This document shows, piece after piece, positions 19,350-29,515 of a stretch of DNA of 64,000 bases. The notes under the pieces are model-generated. The model saw nothing but the letters and a program-made list of their open reading frames with translations. It had not been told where the DNA came from and did not search any database. The stretch comes from Myxococcota bacterium (lineage in GTDB: Bacteria > Myxococcota_A > Polyangia > Nannocystales > Nannocystaceae). The first letter of the stretch is position 1. Every line of letters starts with the position of its first letter. Where the stretch lies: NCBI GenBank assembly GCA_039028615.1, contig JBCCHT010000013.1:96001-160000 (forward strand). The letters run 5' to 3'. Position numbers and translations under genes: made by a program.

Positions 19350-22300
19350 ATGAAGCCGCGCATTCTCCTGTTCCTCGTCGTGCTCGCGCTCGCGGCGGGG
19401 CTGTGGTGGATGCTGTCGGGGCGCGGCGGCGAGCAGGCCGAGCGCGAGAGCACGGCCGAGCCGGTCGAGACCATCGATCGCGATGCCATCGTGGCGCGCA
19501 AGAAGCAGGCGCGGAGCGGCGGAGCATTCGATGCATCGCCGGCCGGAGCCTCGGGGCAAGTCCGCGACGCGAAGACCGACGCGCCCCTGCGCGGTGCGGT
19601 GGTGCTGCTGACGCCCAAGGGGCTCGACCAAGTCGCGCGGGCGATCGAAGCCGGCGAGCCCTCGCGGCCGCTGCGAGCACGGACGGACGCCGAGGGGCAG
19701 TGGTCGCTGAGCACACTGCCGCCCGGGCGCTACTCGCTTTCGGCGACCGGTCGCGGCTACCTGCCGGCCACGCGTAGCGACGTCACCTTGGTCGCGGGGC
19801 AGGACAACCCCGGCTTCGACCTCCGGCTCGTTCCCGGCGGCCACGAGGTGCGGGGCACCCTCTCCGATATCGGCGGCGGCCCGGTGGAAGACGTCCTCGT
19901 TCGCGTCACCCGGCTGGACGAGGGCAGCCCGTTCAACTTCGACCGGCCCGCGCTCGGGGCGGTGACCGACGACGACGGTCGCTTTCACGTCCAGCTGCCC
20001 GACGGCGTCTATCAGCTGACGACCTATCACCCGGACTACGTGGCGGCGAAGGAATCGGTGCACGTCGACGGGGGTCCGCGCTCGCTGGCGCTGCAGATCA
20101 TTCCCGCCGGATCGATCGAAGGGCGGGTCATCGCGCGCGCGACGGGCAAGCCGGTGGTGGGGGCCATCGTCAGCCCGCACCAGGAGCGCGACGGCGGTCC
20201 GCTGGTGCAGGGCACGGGAGACGGCCAGGTCACCACCGATGAGCAGGGCCGCTTTGCCTTGCAGGGCCTCGGCTCCGGCGTCGTGCGGCTGGCGGCGGTG
20301 GCTCGCGGCTACACCACGCGGCAGCCGGTGGAGGTCGTGCTCGGGGTGGCCGAGCAGGTCGCCGACATCGAGATCATCGTCGACGACGCCCTGAACATCT
20401 CCGGCTTCGTGGTGCCGCGCGGCGACGAAGAACGCGGGCTCGAAGGGGTGCTGGTGGGGGCGTACTCCGTGGACCCGGCGCGCCTCTATGTGGCCGCCGC
20501 CCCGAGTGCACCCGATGGGTATTTCGAGGTCTTCGGGGTCTTGCCCGGGCGCTACACGGTGGCGGCCATCGGCGAGGACTCCCTGCCCAACGTGCTGGGC
20601 GCGAGCGCGACGGTCGAAGACCAGGACGTCACCGACGTGTTGGTCATCATGGACGGCGGTGTGCACGTGCGCGGCCGGGTCTCGCCGCCCGGCGCCGCGC
20701 AGCTGAGCGTCGCCGTCGACACCGAGGACGTCTCCATCGGCACCATGATGGAGACGCTGAGCAACGCGCTGGTGCGCGCCCGCAGCGGCTCCGACGGCAC
20801 CTTCGACTTGCATCCCGTGGCGGCCGGCTCGATGACCCTCGTGGCCGAGGCGGACGATGGCAGCCGCGGGGAAATCTCGGTCGACGTGGGCGACCTCGAC
20901 GTCGACGGCTTGGTGATCGAGCTGCAGCCCCGCGCGAGCGTTCGCGGGCAGGTCATCGATGCGGCGGGGATGGCCGCCGCCGGTCTCGAGGTCTCGTTTC
21001 GTCGTCGCGATGCCGCGGCCGGCACCAGCTACTCGTTCGACATCAACGGGGCCGGAGCGCTGGGGCTCATCGCCACCACCGACGAGAGCGGCAACTTCGT
21101 GCGCAAGGGCCTCGATGCCGGGGAGTACGAGGTCAGCGTCTCCGCGACTCGGGGGCAGGTGCTCGAGTGGGCGCAGCCGGCCGATCCGGCCAAGCCCAAG
21201 GCGCCCATCTCGGTCACGGTGTCCGAGGCGGAGCGTCGCGAGGGGATCTCGCTGGTGGTCGAGGCCCGCGACGGACGGATCGCGGGGGTGGTGTTCGGGG
21301 CCGAGGGGCAGCCGGTCGCCGATGCGTGGGTCACCGCCGTGCGCAACGACTCCGCCCGCGAGTTCTTCGAGCAGCTCTCGCCGCTGCCGACGCCCAACGC
21401 CGACCAGGAACGGGACCTGCGGCAGTGGGAGCTACAGGGCTTCGCCGAGTCGCCCGTGCTGACCGACGAGGCGGGGCGCTTCGAGGTCGATGGCCTTCGC
21501 AACGGCACCTACCGGCTCCGGGCCGAGGCCCACACCGATGGTGCCCGCGGCTTCGTCGACGACGTGGGGCTGGGCTCCGAGGTCCGCATCGATCTTTCGC
21601 CGCTGGCCGGTCTGAGCGGGGTCGTCAGCTTCGGGGGGGAGCCGGTCCGCGAGTACTCGTTGGAGCTGCGAGGGCCGAGCCCGCGGCGCCAGCAAATCTT
21701 CGACGCCGAGGGCCGATTCTCCATCGAGCGGCTCGATGTCGGGGACTACGAACTGATCGTCGGCAGCGCCGACGGGACCGCCCACGTCGAGGTCGATGTC
21801 CTACCGGGCCCCCCGAGCCCGGTCACCGTCGAGATCGGCGGGTGGGGCACGCTGCGCGGGGTCGTGATCGATGCCGCGACCGGTGACCCCGTGCCGGACC
21901 TGGCCATCTCGGTGGTGGGCGACGGCGGCTCGGGTACCCACTCGGTGGTCGGGGTCTTCACGGGAGACGGGCCCAAGACCGACGAAGACGGGCGCTTCGA
22001 GATCGACGGTGTTCCTCCCGGCCAGGGACAGCTGTTCTTCTTCGACCGTGACGCGGCCGGCCTCGGCGGTGTCGTGGCGCAGGCCGACTACGACATCGAT
22101 CCCGAAGAGACCCACGACCTGGGGACGGTCAGCGGCGTCGCACCCAGTCACATCGACCCCGAGGAGCGCGGCACGGTGGGCCTGCAGGTACGCGTGGCCA
22201 CCTACGCCGATCGCCCCCGCGCGCCGCGGTCCGAGCACGACGAGGAGCGGGCGGTCTTCGACAAGACCCAGCGGCTGTGGATCACTCGCGTGACGCCCTA

Positions 22301-22505
22301 CGGTCCCGCGGCGTTGCAGGGGCTGGTGCCGGGCGACGAGATTCTCGCCGTCGACGGCACGAGCGTGGTGCGGATCCAGGCGCTCAACGCCGCGCGCTTG
22401 ATGTCACCGCAGAACCTCCGCATCGGCGACGATCTCGAGCTTCAGATCGAGCACGACGGAGACCGCCGCACCCTGACGCTGGTGGCCGAAGCGCAGAGCC
22501 TCTGA
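19350..22505 (+). CDS. Large membrane-anchored protein with carboxypeptidase-regulatory-like repeats and C-terminal PDZ domain
   Basis: N-terminal TM; repeated GxVxD..G.PV....V / TD..GRF / L.PG.Y units; C-terminal GPAALQGLVPGDEILAVDG. Confidence 0.85.
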   Translation: MKPRILLFLVVLALAAGLWWMLSGRGGEQAERESTAEPVETIDRDAIVARKKQARSGGAFDASPAGASGQVRDAKTDAPLRGAVVLLTPKGLDQVARAIEAGEPSRPLRARTDAEGQWSLSTLPPGRYSLSATGRGYLPATRSDVTLVAGQDNPGFDLRLVPGGHEVRGTLSDIGGGPVEDVLVRVTRLDEGSPFNFDRPALGAVTDDDGRFHVQLPDGVYQLTTYHPDYVAAKESVHVDGGPRSLALQIIPAGSIEGRVIARATGKPVVGAIVSPHQERDGGPLVQGTGDGQVTTDEQGRFALQGLGSGVVRLAAVARGYTTRQPVEVVLGVAEQVADIEIIVDDALNISGFVVPRGDEERGLEGVLVGAYSVDPARLYVAAAPSAPDGYFEVFGVLPGRYTVAAIGEDSLPNVLGASATVEDQDVTDVLVIMDGGVHVRGRVSPPGAAQLSVAVDTEDVSIGTMMETLSNALVRARSGSDGTFDLHPVAAGSMTLVAEADDGSRGEISVDVGDLDVDGLVIELQPRASVRGQVIDAAGMAAAGLEVSFRRRDAAAGTSYSFDINGAGALGLIATTDESGNFVRKGLDAGEYEVSVSATRGQVLEWAQPADPAKPKAPISVTVSEAERREGISLVVEARDGRIAGVVFGAEGQPVADAWVTAVRNDSAREFFEQLSPLPTPNADQERDLRQWELQGFAESPVLTDEAGRFEVDGLRNGTYRLRAEAHTDGARGFVDDVGLGSEVRIDLSPLAGLSGVVSFGGEPVREYSLELRGPSPRRQQIFDAEGRFSIERLDVGDYELIVGSADGTAHVEVDVLPGPPSPVTVEIGGWGTLRGVVIDAATGDPVPDLAISVVGDGGSGTHSVVGVFTGDGPKTDEDGRFEIDGVPPGQGQLFFFDRDAAGLGGVVAQADYDIDPEETHDLGTVSGVAPSHIDPEERGTVGLQVRVATYADRPRAPRSEHDEERAVFDKTQRLWITRVTPYGPAALQGLVPGDEILAVDGTSVVRIQALNAARLMSPQNLRIGDDLELQIEHDGDRRTLTLVAEAQSL

Positions 22506-22511
22506 GTGCAC

Positions 22512-23603
22512 TCAGGAGGGCTCGGGCTCTTCGGCGGCGGCTTCGGTCGCGTCGGCGGCGGGCGGTGCCTGCTCGGTGCTCTCCGCGGGCTCTTCACCGT
22601 CCGTGGCCGCCTCGGGTTCGGGCTCGGGCTCGGGCTCGGGTTCCGGCGCAACTTCCTCGGTCGCGCACTCCTCCGGCCCCACGTAGTCGGGGTTGCAGGG
22701 GTCCTTGATGACCTGCACGTCTCCGGTCACGGGCGCGATGAGCTCGGGTACCAGACCACGGAAGCGCGACCACTCGGCCCGCGTCTTGCGGAAGGTGATG
22801 CCGCGCTCCGGGTCGAACTCTCGCGTCTCGCGATCGAGCTCCGCGGGATAGCCCTCGGTGGCGAACATCAGCAGCGAGCGAATCTCTCGCTCGACCACGA
22901 TGGGCCCCTGCGCCGAGGCCCGCTGCTCGCGGCGTCGCTGCTCGACCATCAGCCGCGAAAATCGCTGGTCCTCGTCGCGGAGCTGGTACTGCCCCTGCAA
23001 CGTCAGCTCGTGGTCCATCTCCTGGCGCAGGCCGCTGGCCGTCTCGTGCGAGAAGCTCTGGCTCCACACGTCGTCGCGTCGCGTCATCGGCGTGGAGGGC
23101 AGGGGGACGAAGAACGCCTCGAGCCCCAGCAGGAGCGTCTCGATCACCTCGACGAGCTCGGGCGGCGCATCGGGGGGCAGGGCCGGCATCGCGTGCAGCC
23201 GTCCGTCGGGGCGGACGACGAAGCGCACCTGCATGCCGCGCAGGCGATCGTGGGCGAGCTCGAGCAGCTCGGCCGACGAGTAGGTCGCCGACGGCGGCAG
23301 GTCCCAGTCGAGGTCGATGCTGGTGAAGGTGGTGCGAATCTCCGTGCCCTCGGCCACCGGACCCAGCACCACCATGTTCACGTCGCAGGTGGCGGTCTGG
23401 CTCAGCGGGGCGTCGAGGCCATCGATGGCGCGGGTGTTGCCCACGTGCAGCTTGCCCTCGTAGCCCTGACCCACGGGCAGGTCGTAGGCCAAGCTCACCC
23501 CTTCGCGCGGGGTCTTGACGCGCTTGACCTCGGTCGAGGGGCTGCACCCCAACGGCGCGGCTACGGCGAACGAGAGGGCCAGCGCGAGGCGTTTCACGAG
23601 CAT
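22512..23603 (-). CDS. Hypothetical lipoprotein with acidic Pro/Glu tail
   Basis: MLVKRLALALSFAVAAPLG-C lipobox; beta-rich body; PEPEPE tail. Confidence 0.7.
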   Translation of the reverse strand: MLVKRLALALSFAVAAPLGCSPSTEVKRVKTPREGVSLAYDLPVGQGYEGKLHVGNTRAIDGLDAPLSQTATCDVNMVVLGPVAEGTEIRTTFTSIDLDWDLPPSATYSSAELLELAHDRLRGMQVRFVVRPDGRLHAMPALPPDAPPELVEVIETLLLGLEAFFVPLPSTPMTRRDDVWSQSFSHETASGLRQEMDHELTLQGQYQLRDEDQRFSRLMVEQRRREQRASAQGPIVVEREIRSLLMFATEGYPAELDRETREFDPERGITFRKTRAEWSRFRGLVPELIAPVTGDVQVIKDPCNPDYVGPEECATEEVAPEPEPEPEPEPEAATDGEEPAESTEQAPPAADATEAAAEEPEPS

Positions 23604-23680
23604 GCGGGCAGCAGGGTACGCACGGCCCGCGCGGCCCGACAAGCACCACGGGCCAGGGCCCGGGTCACGCCCGCGATGGC

Positions 23681-25156
23681 TCACAGAGACGGGGCTTCGA
23701 TGCGGGGCACGACGCCGTCCTCGCGGAGGGGACTCTCACCCGCGCCTTGCTCCACCCAGCCTTGCTCCTCGGCCTCGGCGGCTCGGCGGCGTTCGGCCGC
23801 TTCGGTCTTCAGGCGCTCCGCCTCGAGATCGGGCGGCCCCACCGGGCGCTGCTGGGTGAAGGTCGCGCCATGCGGGCGGCTCGAGTCGCGCACGTGCACC
23901 ACCGGGCTGCGGTCGAGATCGGACGGCAGGTAGCCGGTCCATCCCCGCGGCATCATCACGCTCGCCCACTCGAAGGCCCAGCGCGCGTCCTGGGGCGCCA
24001 GGTTCACGCAGCCGTGGCTCTTGCGGTTGCCGAATCGATCGTGCCAGTAGGCGCCGTGCAGCGCGTTGTGCCCCTGGAAGAGCAACACCCACGGCACGCC
24101 CTGCACCATGTAGGGCTTGTCCTCGTAGTCTTGGTTGCCCATGTCCATGCTCGCCACCTTGGCCCACACCGGGTAGTTGCCCAGCGGGGTGGGGGAGCCG
24201 CGGCCGCTCGAGATCAGGGTGGCGAACTGGGGGGTCGAGCCGAGATAGGCCACGAGCACTTGCTCGCCCACGTCGACGTCGAACCACTGCGTGCTGCCCG
24301 TGGTCGTGGTGCGGAACTCGGAGAGCACGCCCTTGGGGGGCTCGGTGATGTGCACCTCGTTGAGAGCGTCGGCCTCGATCCACTCGCCCTCGCCCACGCG
24401 CCACCACAGCGGGCGGATGGACTCGCTATCGGCCTCGAATAGGGGCACGCGCTCGCGCAGGTCTACGGTGCGCACGACCTCGGCCCCGCGATCCGGCGCG
24501 GCGCGGACCGGGGTCTTCTTCTTGCGTACCCAGGCAAACAGGGCGCCGGGGCGATGGGCGTCGATGTCCACGCCGCCCCAGGCCGACCCCTGGCCCATGA
24601 AGCCCACGCCGTCGCGGGGCACGAGCTTGCCCGCCGCCGTCTGCACGAAGCGGCGATCGCCGATGTCCACGCTGCGGGCGACTACCAGGCTCATGCCCTT
24701 GGTCAGGTTGCCCTCGGGTTGCTCGAGCTCGGCATCTTCGATGCTGGCGTAGCTGGGCGTGTCGTCGGCGCGGACCATCGCGTAGGCGTGGGGCAACCGA
24801 CGTCCCTCGGGCACGGGCAGGGCGGGCTCGGTCTCGGGGGGCAGCTCGGAGGCGCGCACGTGCTTGGAGCACACGAAGCCGAAGGGCCACACCGCGTACC
24901 AGGGCTTGCCGCTGCAGCCTTTGTCGTCGCGACTCTCGACCTCGCCGCGCACGACCAAGCGCGTGCCCTTGGACACGGTGGCGATGCGCTTGCGGGGCAC
25001 CCAGGGCCGGCCGCGAATGACCGTCTCGCCGTAGCGGGCCTCGACGTACACCGTCTCCGAAGGCTGGATCTCGACGTCCTGCGGGGGCGCAGGCGGCTCG
25101 ACACCCGCGAAGGCGGCCACGGATTGGGCCAGGAGCATGGGGCCGAGCACGCTCAT
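23681..25156 (-). CDS. L,D-transpeptidase (YkuD family)
   Basis: TPLGNY, ALHGAYWHDRFG.RKSHGCVNL (Hx14-17SHGCxN motif). Confidence 0.92.
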   Translation of the reverse strand: MSVLGPMLLAQSVAAFAGVEPPAPPQDVEIQPSETVYVEARYGETVIRGRPWVPRKRIATVSKGTRLVVRGEVESRDDKGCSGKPWYAVWPFGFVCSKHVRASELPPETEPALPVPEGRRLPHAYAMVRADDTPSYASIEDAELEQPEGNLTKGMSLVVARSVDIGDRRFVQTAAGKLVPRDGVGFMGQGSAWGGVDIDAHRPGALFAWVRKKKTPVRAAPDRGAEVVRTVDLRERVPLFEADSESIRPLWWRVGEGEWIEADALNEVHITEPPKGVLSEFRTTTTGSTQWFDVDVGEQVLVAYLGSTPQFATLISSGRGSPTPLGNYPVWAKVASMDMGNQDYEDKPYMVQGVPWVLLFQGHNALHGAYWHDRFGNRKSHGCVNLAPQDARWAFEWASVMMPRGWTGYLPSDLDRSPVVHVRDSSRPHGATFTQQRPVGPPDLEAERLKTEAAERRRAAEAEEQGWVEQGAGESPLREDGVVPRIEAPSL

Positions 25157-25216
25157 GGGAGGCACGCTACCATCGTCATCACGGGCGTTGTCTCCCATAC
25201 GTCCTCGCGGGGCGCC

Positions 25217-26866
25217 GTGTTCCGGTGGCCGGTCCTGCTGGTGGGACTGGGGATCGTCGCGTTTGCGGCGCCCTGGTGGAACATCCCGCGGGACCAGGCC
25301 GACTCGGCGGGGATGCTCGCGCATTTGCACGCATTGTTCGTCGACGCCGATCTGCTCTTCGACGACGACTACGCCAAGCTGCGCATGTCTCCGCTGTTCG
25401 CGTTCGTCACGGACGAGGGGCTGGTGTCCAACCACTGGCCGGCCGGCGCGACTTGGCTCCAGGCGCCTGGCTACGCCCTCGGCGTGGCCGCGTCCAAGGT
25501 CCTGGCCGGCCTGGGGATCGGCCGGGACGATCCGCTCGGGGTGGTGGCGGTGCTGGGCGTGCGGGCGTGGGCGATGCTCGTCCTGGCCGGGATGACGGTG
25601 TTCGTCGCTCGCTTCGCGACCGCGGGCCAGTCCGACCCCGAGACGGCCGCGGCCCGCCGCGCGGGCCTGGGCGTGGCTGCGGTGTTCGTCGTGGGGACCC
25701 CCTTGGCCTACTACGCCGCCGAATCTCCGCTACGGCCTCATTTGTGGGGCGCGGCGGTGTGTCTGGCGTTCATCGGCGTCTGGTGGAAGCGCTCACTCGG
25801 GCCACCCATGGCGCGCACCGTCGCGCTCGCGTGCCTGGCTGGCCTGGCCACGTACGTGCGCCCGCAGCTCGCCCCGATCTGGCTGCTCGTGGTGCACGAC
25901 GCGTGGGACGGCCCCGACCGCTGGCGCCGGATCGCGGTCTCGGGCATGGTCTTCGGGTTGTGGCCCGCGGCGCACCTGCGGACGCAGCTGTGGATGTACG
26001 GCGAGCAGCTGGGCGAGTACGGCGGCTCGGTCAGCCATCACACCACGTACTTTTTGACCTCGACCCATCATGGCGTGCTGCCGTGGTGCCCCGTGCTGGG
26101 GTTGGCCGCAGTGGCGCTGGGCTGGGCCGTCGTTCGTCGGCAGCGCGGGGCCTGGCTCATCGTGGGGCTGGTGCTCGTGCAGATCTGGCTGGACGGGGGC
26201 ATGCGGGCCATCGAGCCCCGCACCGTGCTCGGCACGCGCACCTGGGCGGGCGGCGTGTCCTTTGGCCCGCGCAAGCTCGTCGACGTGCTGCCGCTGCTGT
26301 TGCCGGCCGCCATCGGATTCGTGGACGAGGTCCGACGCCGCGGCTACGGGTGGGCCTTGGCCGCGATCGCGGGTCTGCTGTGCCTGCCCACCGTGCTGCT
26401 GCTGGCCTCGGCGTGGCTCGATCCCGATGCCACCACGGGCGGGATCATGACGAGCACCGAGTACGTGGCCGCGCTGCAGCGGCCCTTCGATGGCGCCGCG
26501 TGGAGCAAGGCCTGGGCGCAGCGCAGCCTCCCGGTCGCGGTGGCGTTGGTGGTGGGGGCCGGCGTCGCCGTCGTCTACCTCGGTGGTGTCGCGCTGTGGG
26601 CCTGGGGCTCGCGTCGAGGTGCCGCAGAGCCCGAGACCCGGCTTCGTTCCGCGCCCGTGGTGGCCACCATGAGCTTGCTCGTCGTGCACGGCTGGCTCGC
26701 GGTGGTGATGATGCGCAGCGACAGCGCTCGCGTGGCGCAACCCGGCCGCATGCTCGAGGCCGCCCGACGCATGACGCCGCTGCACTACGCCACGGTGCGT
26801 CGCATCGGAGCCCACCACGCGCAGCTGCGGGCCAAGCTGGGCGACGGCGCAGCACCGCCGCACTGA
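25217..26866 (+). CDS. Polytopic membrane protein, probable GT-C-fold glycosyltransferase (start uncertain)
   Basis: More than 10 TM helices; acidic first loop D..GMLAHLHALFVDADL.FDDDY and NHWPAG; YVRPQ; W.GG.SFGPRK. Confidence 0.65.
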   Translation: MFRWPVLLVGLGIVAFAAPWWNIPRDQADSAGMLAHLHALFVDADLLFDDDYAKLRMSPLFAFVTDEGLVSNHWPAGATWLQAPGYALGVAASKVLAGLGIGRDDPLGVVAVLGVRAWAMLVLAGMTVFVARFATAGQSDPETAAARRAGLGVAAVFVVGTPLAYYAAESPLRPHLWGAAVCLAFIGVWWKRSLGPPMARTVALACLAGLATYVRPQLAPIWLLVVHDAWDGPDRWRRIAVSGMVFGLWPAAHLRTQLWMYGEQLGEYGGSVSHHTTYFLTSTHHGVLPWCPVLGLAAVALGWAVVRRQRGAWLIVGLVLVQIWLDGGMRAIEPRTVLGTRTWAGGVSFGPRKLVDVLPLLLPAAIGFVDEVRRRGYGWALAAIAGLLCLPTVLLLASAWLDPDATTGGIMTSTEYVAALQRPFDGAAWSKAWAQRSLPVAVALVVGAGVAVVYLGGVALWAWGSRRGAAEPETRLRSAPVVATMSLLVVHGWLAVVMMRSDSARVAQPGRMLEAARRMTPLHYATVRRIGAHHAQLRAKLGDGAAPPH

Positions 26867-26891
26867 GCGGCTTCTCGAATCAGCGCGGGTT

Positions 26892-28475
26892 TTAGAGCAA
26901 CGGCAGCTTGGGGCGATCGTCGATGAGCGCCGCCGCCCCGCGACGGCGGGCTCGCCGGGCTTCGTCGCCGTAGACCAGCGGGCGCTCGGTGGCGGGCCGT
27001 TTCTCGAATGCCCGCACCCAGTCTCGATAGCGACCGCCCGCGTGCACGGCCTCGAGGGCAGCGTGGCCCGCCTCGGGCCCGCGCTGGGCGAGCAGGTACT
27101 CGACATGAGCCCACCGCGGCGACTGGGGCCGGATCTCCACCTTGCCCTTGAGCCCGCGACGGATCCGGCGAAGCTTGGCATCGGCCGGCTTGACGCCCAC
27201 GAAGGGCTGACCATCGAGCGGCGTGTTGCGCTTGGCCACCAACGTGGAGAACGTGAGGGTGAGTCGAGTGATGCTGGCCAGCTCGAGGGCGAAGTCGATG
27301 AGCTCGTCGACGTCGTCGTCGGTCTCGCCGGGCACCCCAATCATCTCGTAGACCTTCAGCCCGCGATAACCCCCGTGGTCGGCCACCAGTCGGGCGGCGC
27401 GGCGCAGGTCGTTGGCGTGCACCTTGCGATGCAGCATGGTCCGCAGCCGCTCGCTGATGCCGTCGGAGGCCACCGTGATCTGTCGGTAGCCACCGCGGGC
27501 GAGCTGCTCGAGCAGCTCGGGGTTGAGCCGGTCGGCGCGAAGGCTCGACACCCCGATCCCCCGGCCGTCGTCGACGATGCGCGAGACCAGCTGTGCCAAG
27601 CGAGGGTGGTCGGTGACCGCCGCCCCCACGAGTCCGACGCGCTTGGCGTGATCGGGCACCTTGGACAGGGCCAGCTCCATGTCCAGCAGTCGCATGCCGC
27701 CCGTGGTCGCGCCCCGCATCACGCAGAAGGTGCAGCGCCGTGAACAGCCGCGCTCCGGCTCGACGAGGAACATGTCGGCGAGCTCGGTATTCGGCGTGGT
27801 GATGGCCGAGTAGGCGGGCAGGTACGACTTGTCGACCTTGGCCATGAGCGGCAGTGGCTCCCACAGCCCCGGGCTCACCTCGCCCTTGATGGTGTGGGGC
27901 AGAGACGATGCGTCGTCGATGCCCGCCTCGCGGCTGCCCGCGGACAGCAGCTTGTCGATGGCCGCGGGCAGCAGCTCCTCGCCCTCGCCGAAGATCAGCA
28001 CGTCGACGAAGGGCAGCAGCAAGCTGGGGTTGGTGGTCGTCACCGGGCCGCCGGCCACGATGATCGGATCACGAGGGCCTCGCTCGGCCGCGAGCACTGG
28101 GATACCCGAGCCTTCGAGCAGGCGAATGAGCCCGCTGATCTCGAGTTCGTACGCGACGGAGACCGCGAGGATCGGATAGCTGGAGACGGCGCGGCGCCCC
28201 TCGTAGCTGAGGATGGGAATCCGCGGCTGCGGCCAGGGCAGGGCGGCCGCCTCCCACTCGTCGGGCAAGAAGGCCCGATGGGCGCCGGGGCCCTCTTCGT
28301 TGAGCTGCCGATACAGGGTCTGAAAGCCCAGGCTCGACATGCCCACCCGATAGGGGCTCGGGTAGACCATGCACACGGGCGGCGCCCCTCGGTCGAGCCC
28401 GAGCGTACCCCGCTCATGCGAAAGCCGGGTCTCGATGAGAGCCCGGCTTTGCTCGATCGTCGCTCCTGCGCCCAT
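26892..28475 (-). CDS. Radical SAM protein with B12-binding-like N-terminal domain
   Basis: YPSPYRVGMSSLG, AGGP, RGCSRRCTFC (CxxxCxxC), SSLRAD, MIGVPGET. Confidence 0.9.
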   Translation of the reverse strand: MGAGATIEQSRALIETRLSHERGTLGLDRGAPPVCMVYPSPYRVGMSSLGFQTLYRQLNEEGPGAHRAFLPDEWEAAALPWPQPRIPILSYEGRRAVSSYPILAVSVAYELEISGLIRLLEGSGIPVLAAERGPRDPIIVAGGPVTTTNPSLLLPFVDVLIFGEGEELLPAAIDKLLSAGSREAGIDDASSLPHTIKGEVSPGLWEPLPLMAKVDKSYLPAYSAITTPNTELADMFLVEPERGCSRRCTFCVMRGATTGGMRLLDMELALSKVPDHAKRVGLVGAAVTDHPRLAQLVSRIVDDGRGIGVSSLRADRLNPELLEQLARGGYRQITVASDGISERLRTMLHRKVHANDLRRAARLVADHGGYRGLKVYEMIGVPGETDDDVDELIDFALELASITRLTLTFSTLVAKRNTPLDGQPFVGVKPADAKLRRIRRGLKGKVEIRPQSPRWAHVEYLLAQRGPEAGHAALEAVHAGGRYRDWVRAFEKRPATERPLVYGDEARRARRRGAAALIDDRPKLPLL

Positions 28476-28481
28476 CGGCGC

Positions 28482-29426
28482 CTAAAAGCGCAGGGTGGCC
28501 CCTGCTCCGCCGCCGCCACGCATGAACGTGGGGCCGACGCTGGTCAGGCGCGGGCCCTTGGCGCGCGCGTTCTTGTCGCCCGCCTTCTTGTCGCGAACGT
28601 CGAGCACGATGAGCGTCGCGCCCACGACGGCCAGGACACCACCACCGATGAACAGGGCGATGCTGGCGGTGTTGGCCGCGGGCAGCCCGTTGCGGTCGAG
28701 GTTGGCGACGTCGTCGTTGCTGTAGTCACCCTCGGGGAAGCCGGTGGCACCCGGCGACGCGAGGGCGGCCAGATCGTTGGCGCGCTTGCTGGCGATGCCC
28801 AGGCTGACACCACCACCGATGAGGCCGGCGACACCGACCGCGGTGAGGGCTGCACCCGCGATGAGCTTGCCGCTCGCTCGCTTCGCGTCGTCCTCTTCGA
28901 TCTCGTCTTCGATGGCGTCCTCGCGCTCGGAGCGACGGCTTGTCAGCTCGGGCGCGTCTTGGTTGTCGTGCTCGGCGGAGACCGGAGCCGACTCGACCAC
29001 GGCGGCGGGCTCGGGCGTGGCCGCCTGCTGCTCGTCGCACTTGGACCGCTCGATCTCCAGGAGCTTCTCCTGCGCCTGCGAACGCGCCGGGTGATCGGAC
29101 ACGAGGTCGAGGAATCGCTGGAAGGAGGTCTTGGCCTTCACACAATCACCGAGCTCGAGCGCCGCCAGGCCGATGTTGTGATTGAAGATGTGAAGGGACG
29201 GCGCGTAGTTGTTGTACGCGTCCTCGAACTTGGCGAGCGCCGTGGCGGCGTCGCCGTTGTTGAGCGCGGCATCACCCTCGCCGTAGAGCTGCTTGGCCAT
29301 GTTCATCTTGTCCTCGTCGGACATCGTCGAGGGGTCCTGGACGAGGTTCGAAGCGAGCGCGGGCAAGGGGGCCAGCGCCAACGACGAGGACAGGGCGAGG
29401 GCGAGGAAACCGTGAAGAGTGGTCAT
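28482..29426 (-). CDS. Secreted TPR-containing protein with C-terminal hydrophobic hairpin (myxobacterial type)
   Basis: Signal peptide; TPR-like helices (AK.LY..G..A...GD...AL..F, FNHNIGLA..LG..A...FQRFL); Gly-rich hydrophobic segments; terminal Phe. Confidence 0.75.
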   Translation of the reverse strand: MTTLHGFLALALSSSLALAPLPALASNLVQDPSTMSDEDKMNMAKQLYGEGDAALNNGDAATALAKFEDAYNNYAPSLHIFNHNIGLAALELGDCVKAKTSFQRFLDLVSDHPARSQAQEKLLEIERSKCDEQQAATPEPAAVVESAPVSAEHDNQDAPELTSRRSEREDAIEDEIEEDDAKRASGKLIAGAALTAVGVAGLIGGGVSLGIASKRANDLAALASPGATGFPEGDYSNDDVANLDRNGLPAANTASIALFIGGGVLAVVGATLIVLDVRDKKAGDKNARAKGPRLTSVGPTFMRGGGGAGATLRF

Positions 29427-29475
29427 GAGCTCGTGGGACAAAGGGCGGAGCGAAGGATTTTCGCCTCATGCTGCA

Positions 29476-29504
29476 CGGTCGGAAACCCGAGAGGTTCCCG
29501 ACCG
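29476..29504 (-). terminator. Intergenic hairpin after the poly-Lys gene
   Basis: CGGTCGGAAACC-CGAGA-GGTTCCCGACCG imperfect inverted repeat; no U-tract. Confidence 0.4.
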
Positions 29505-29515
29505 CGAACAGAACG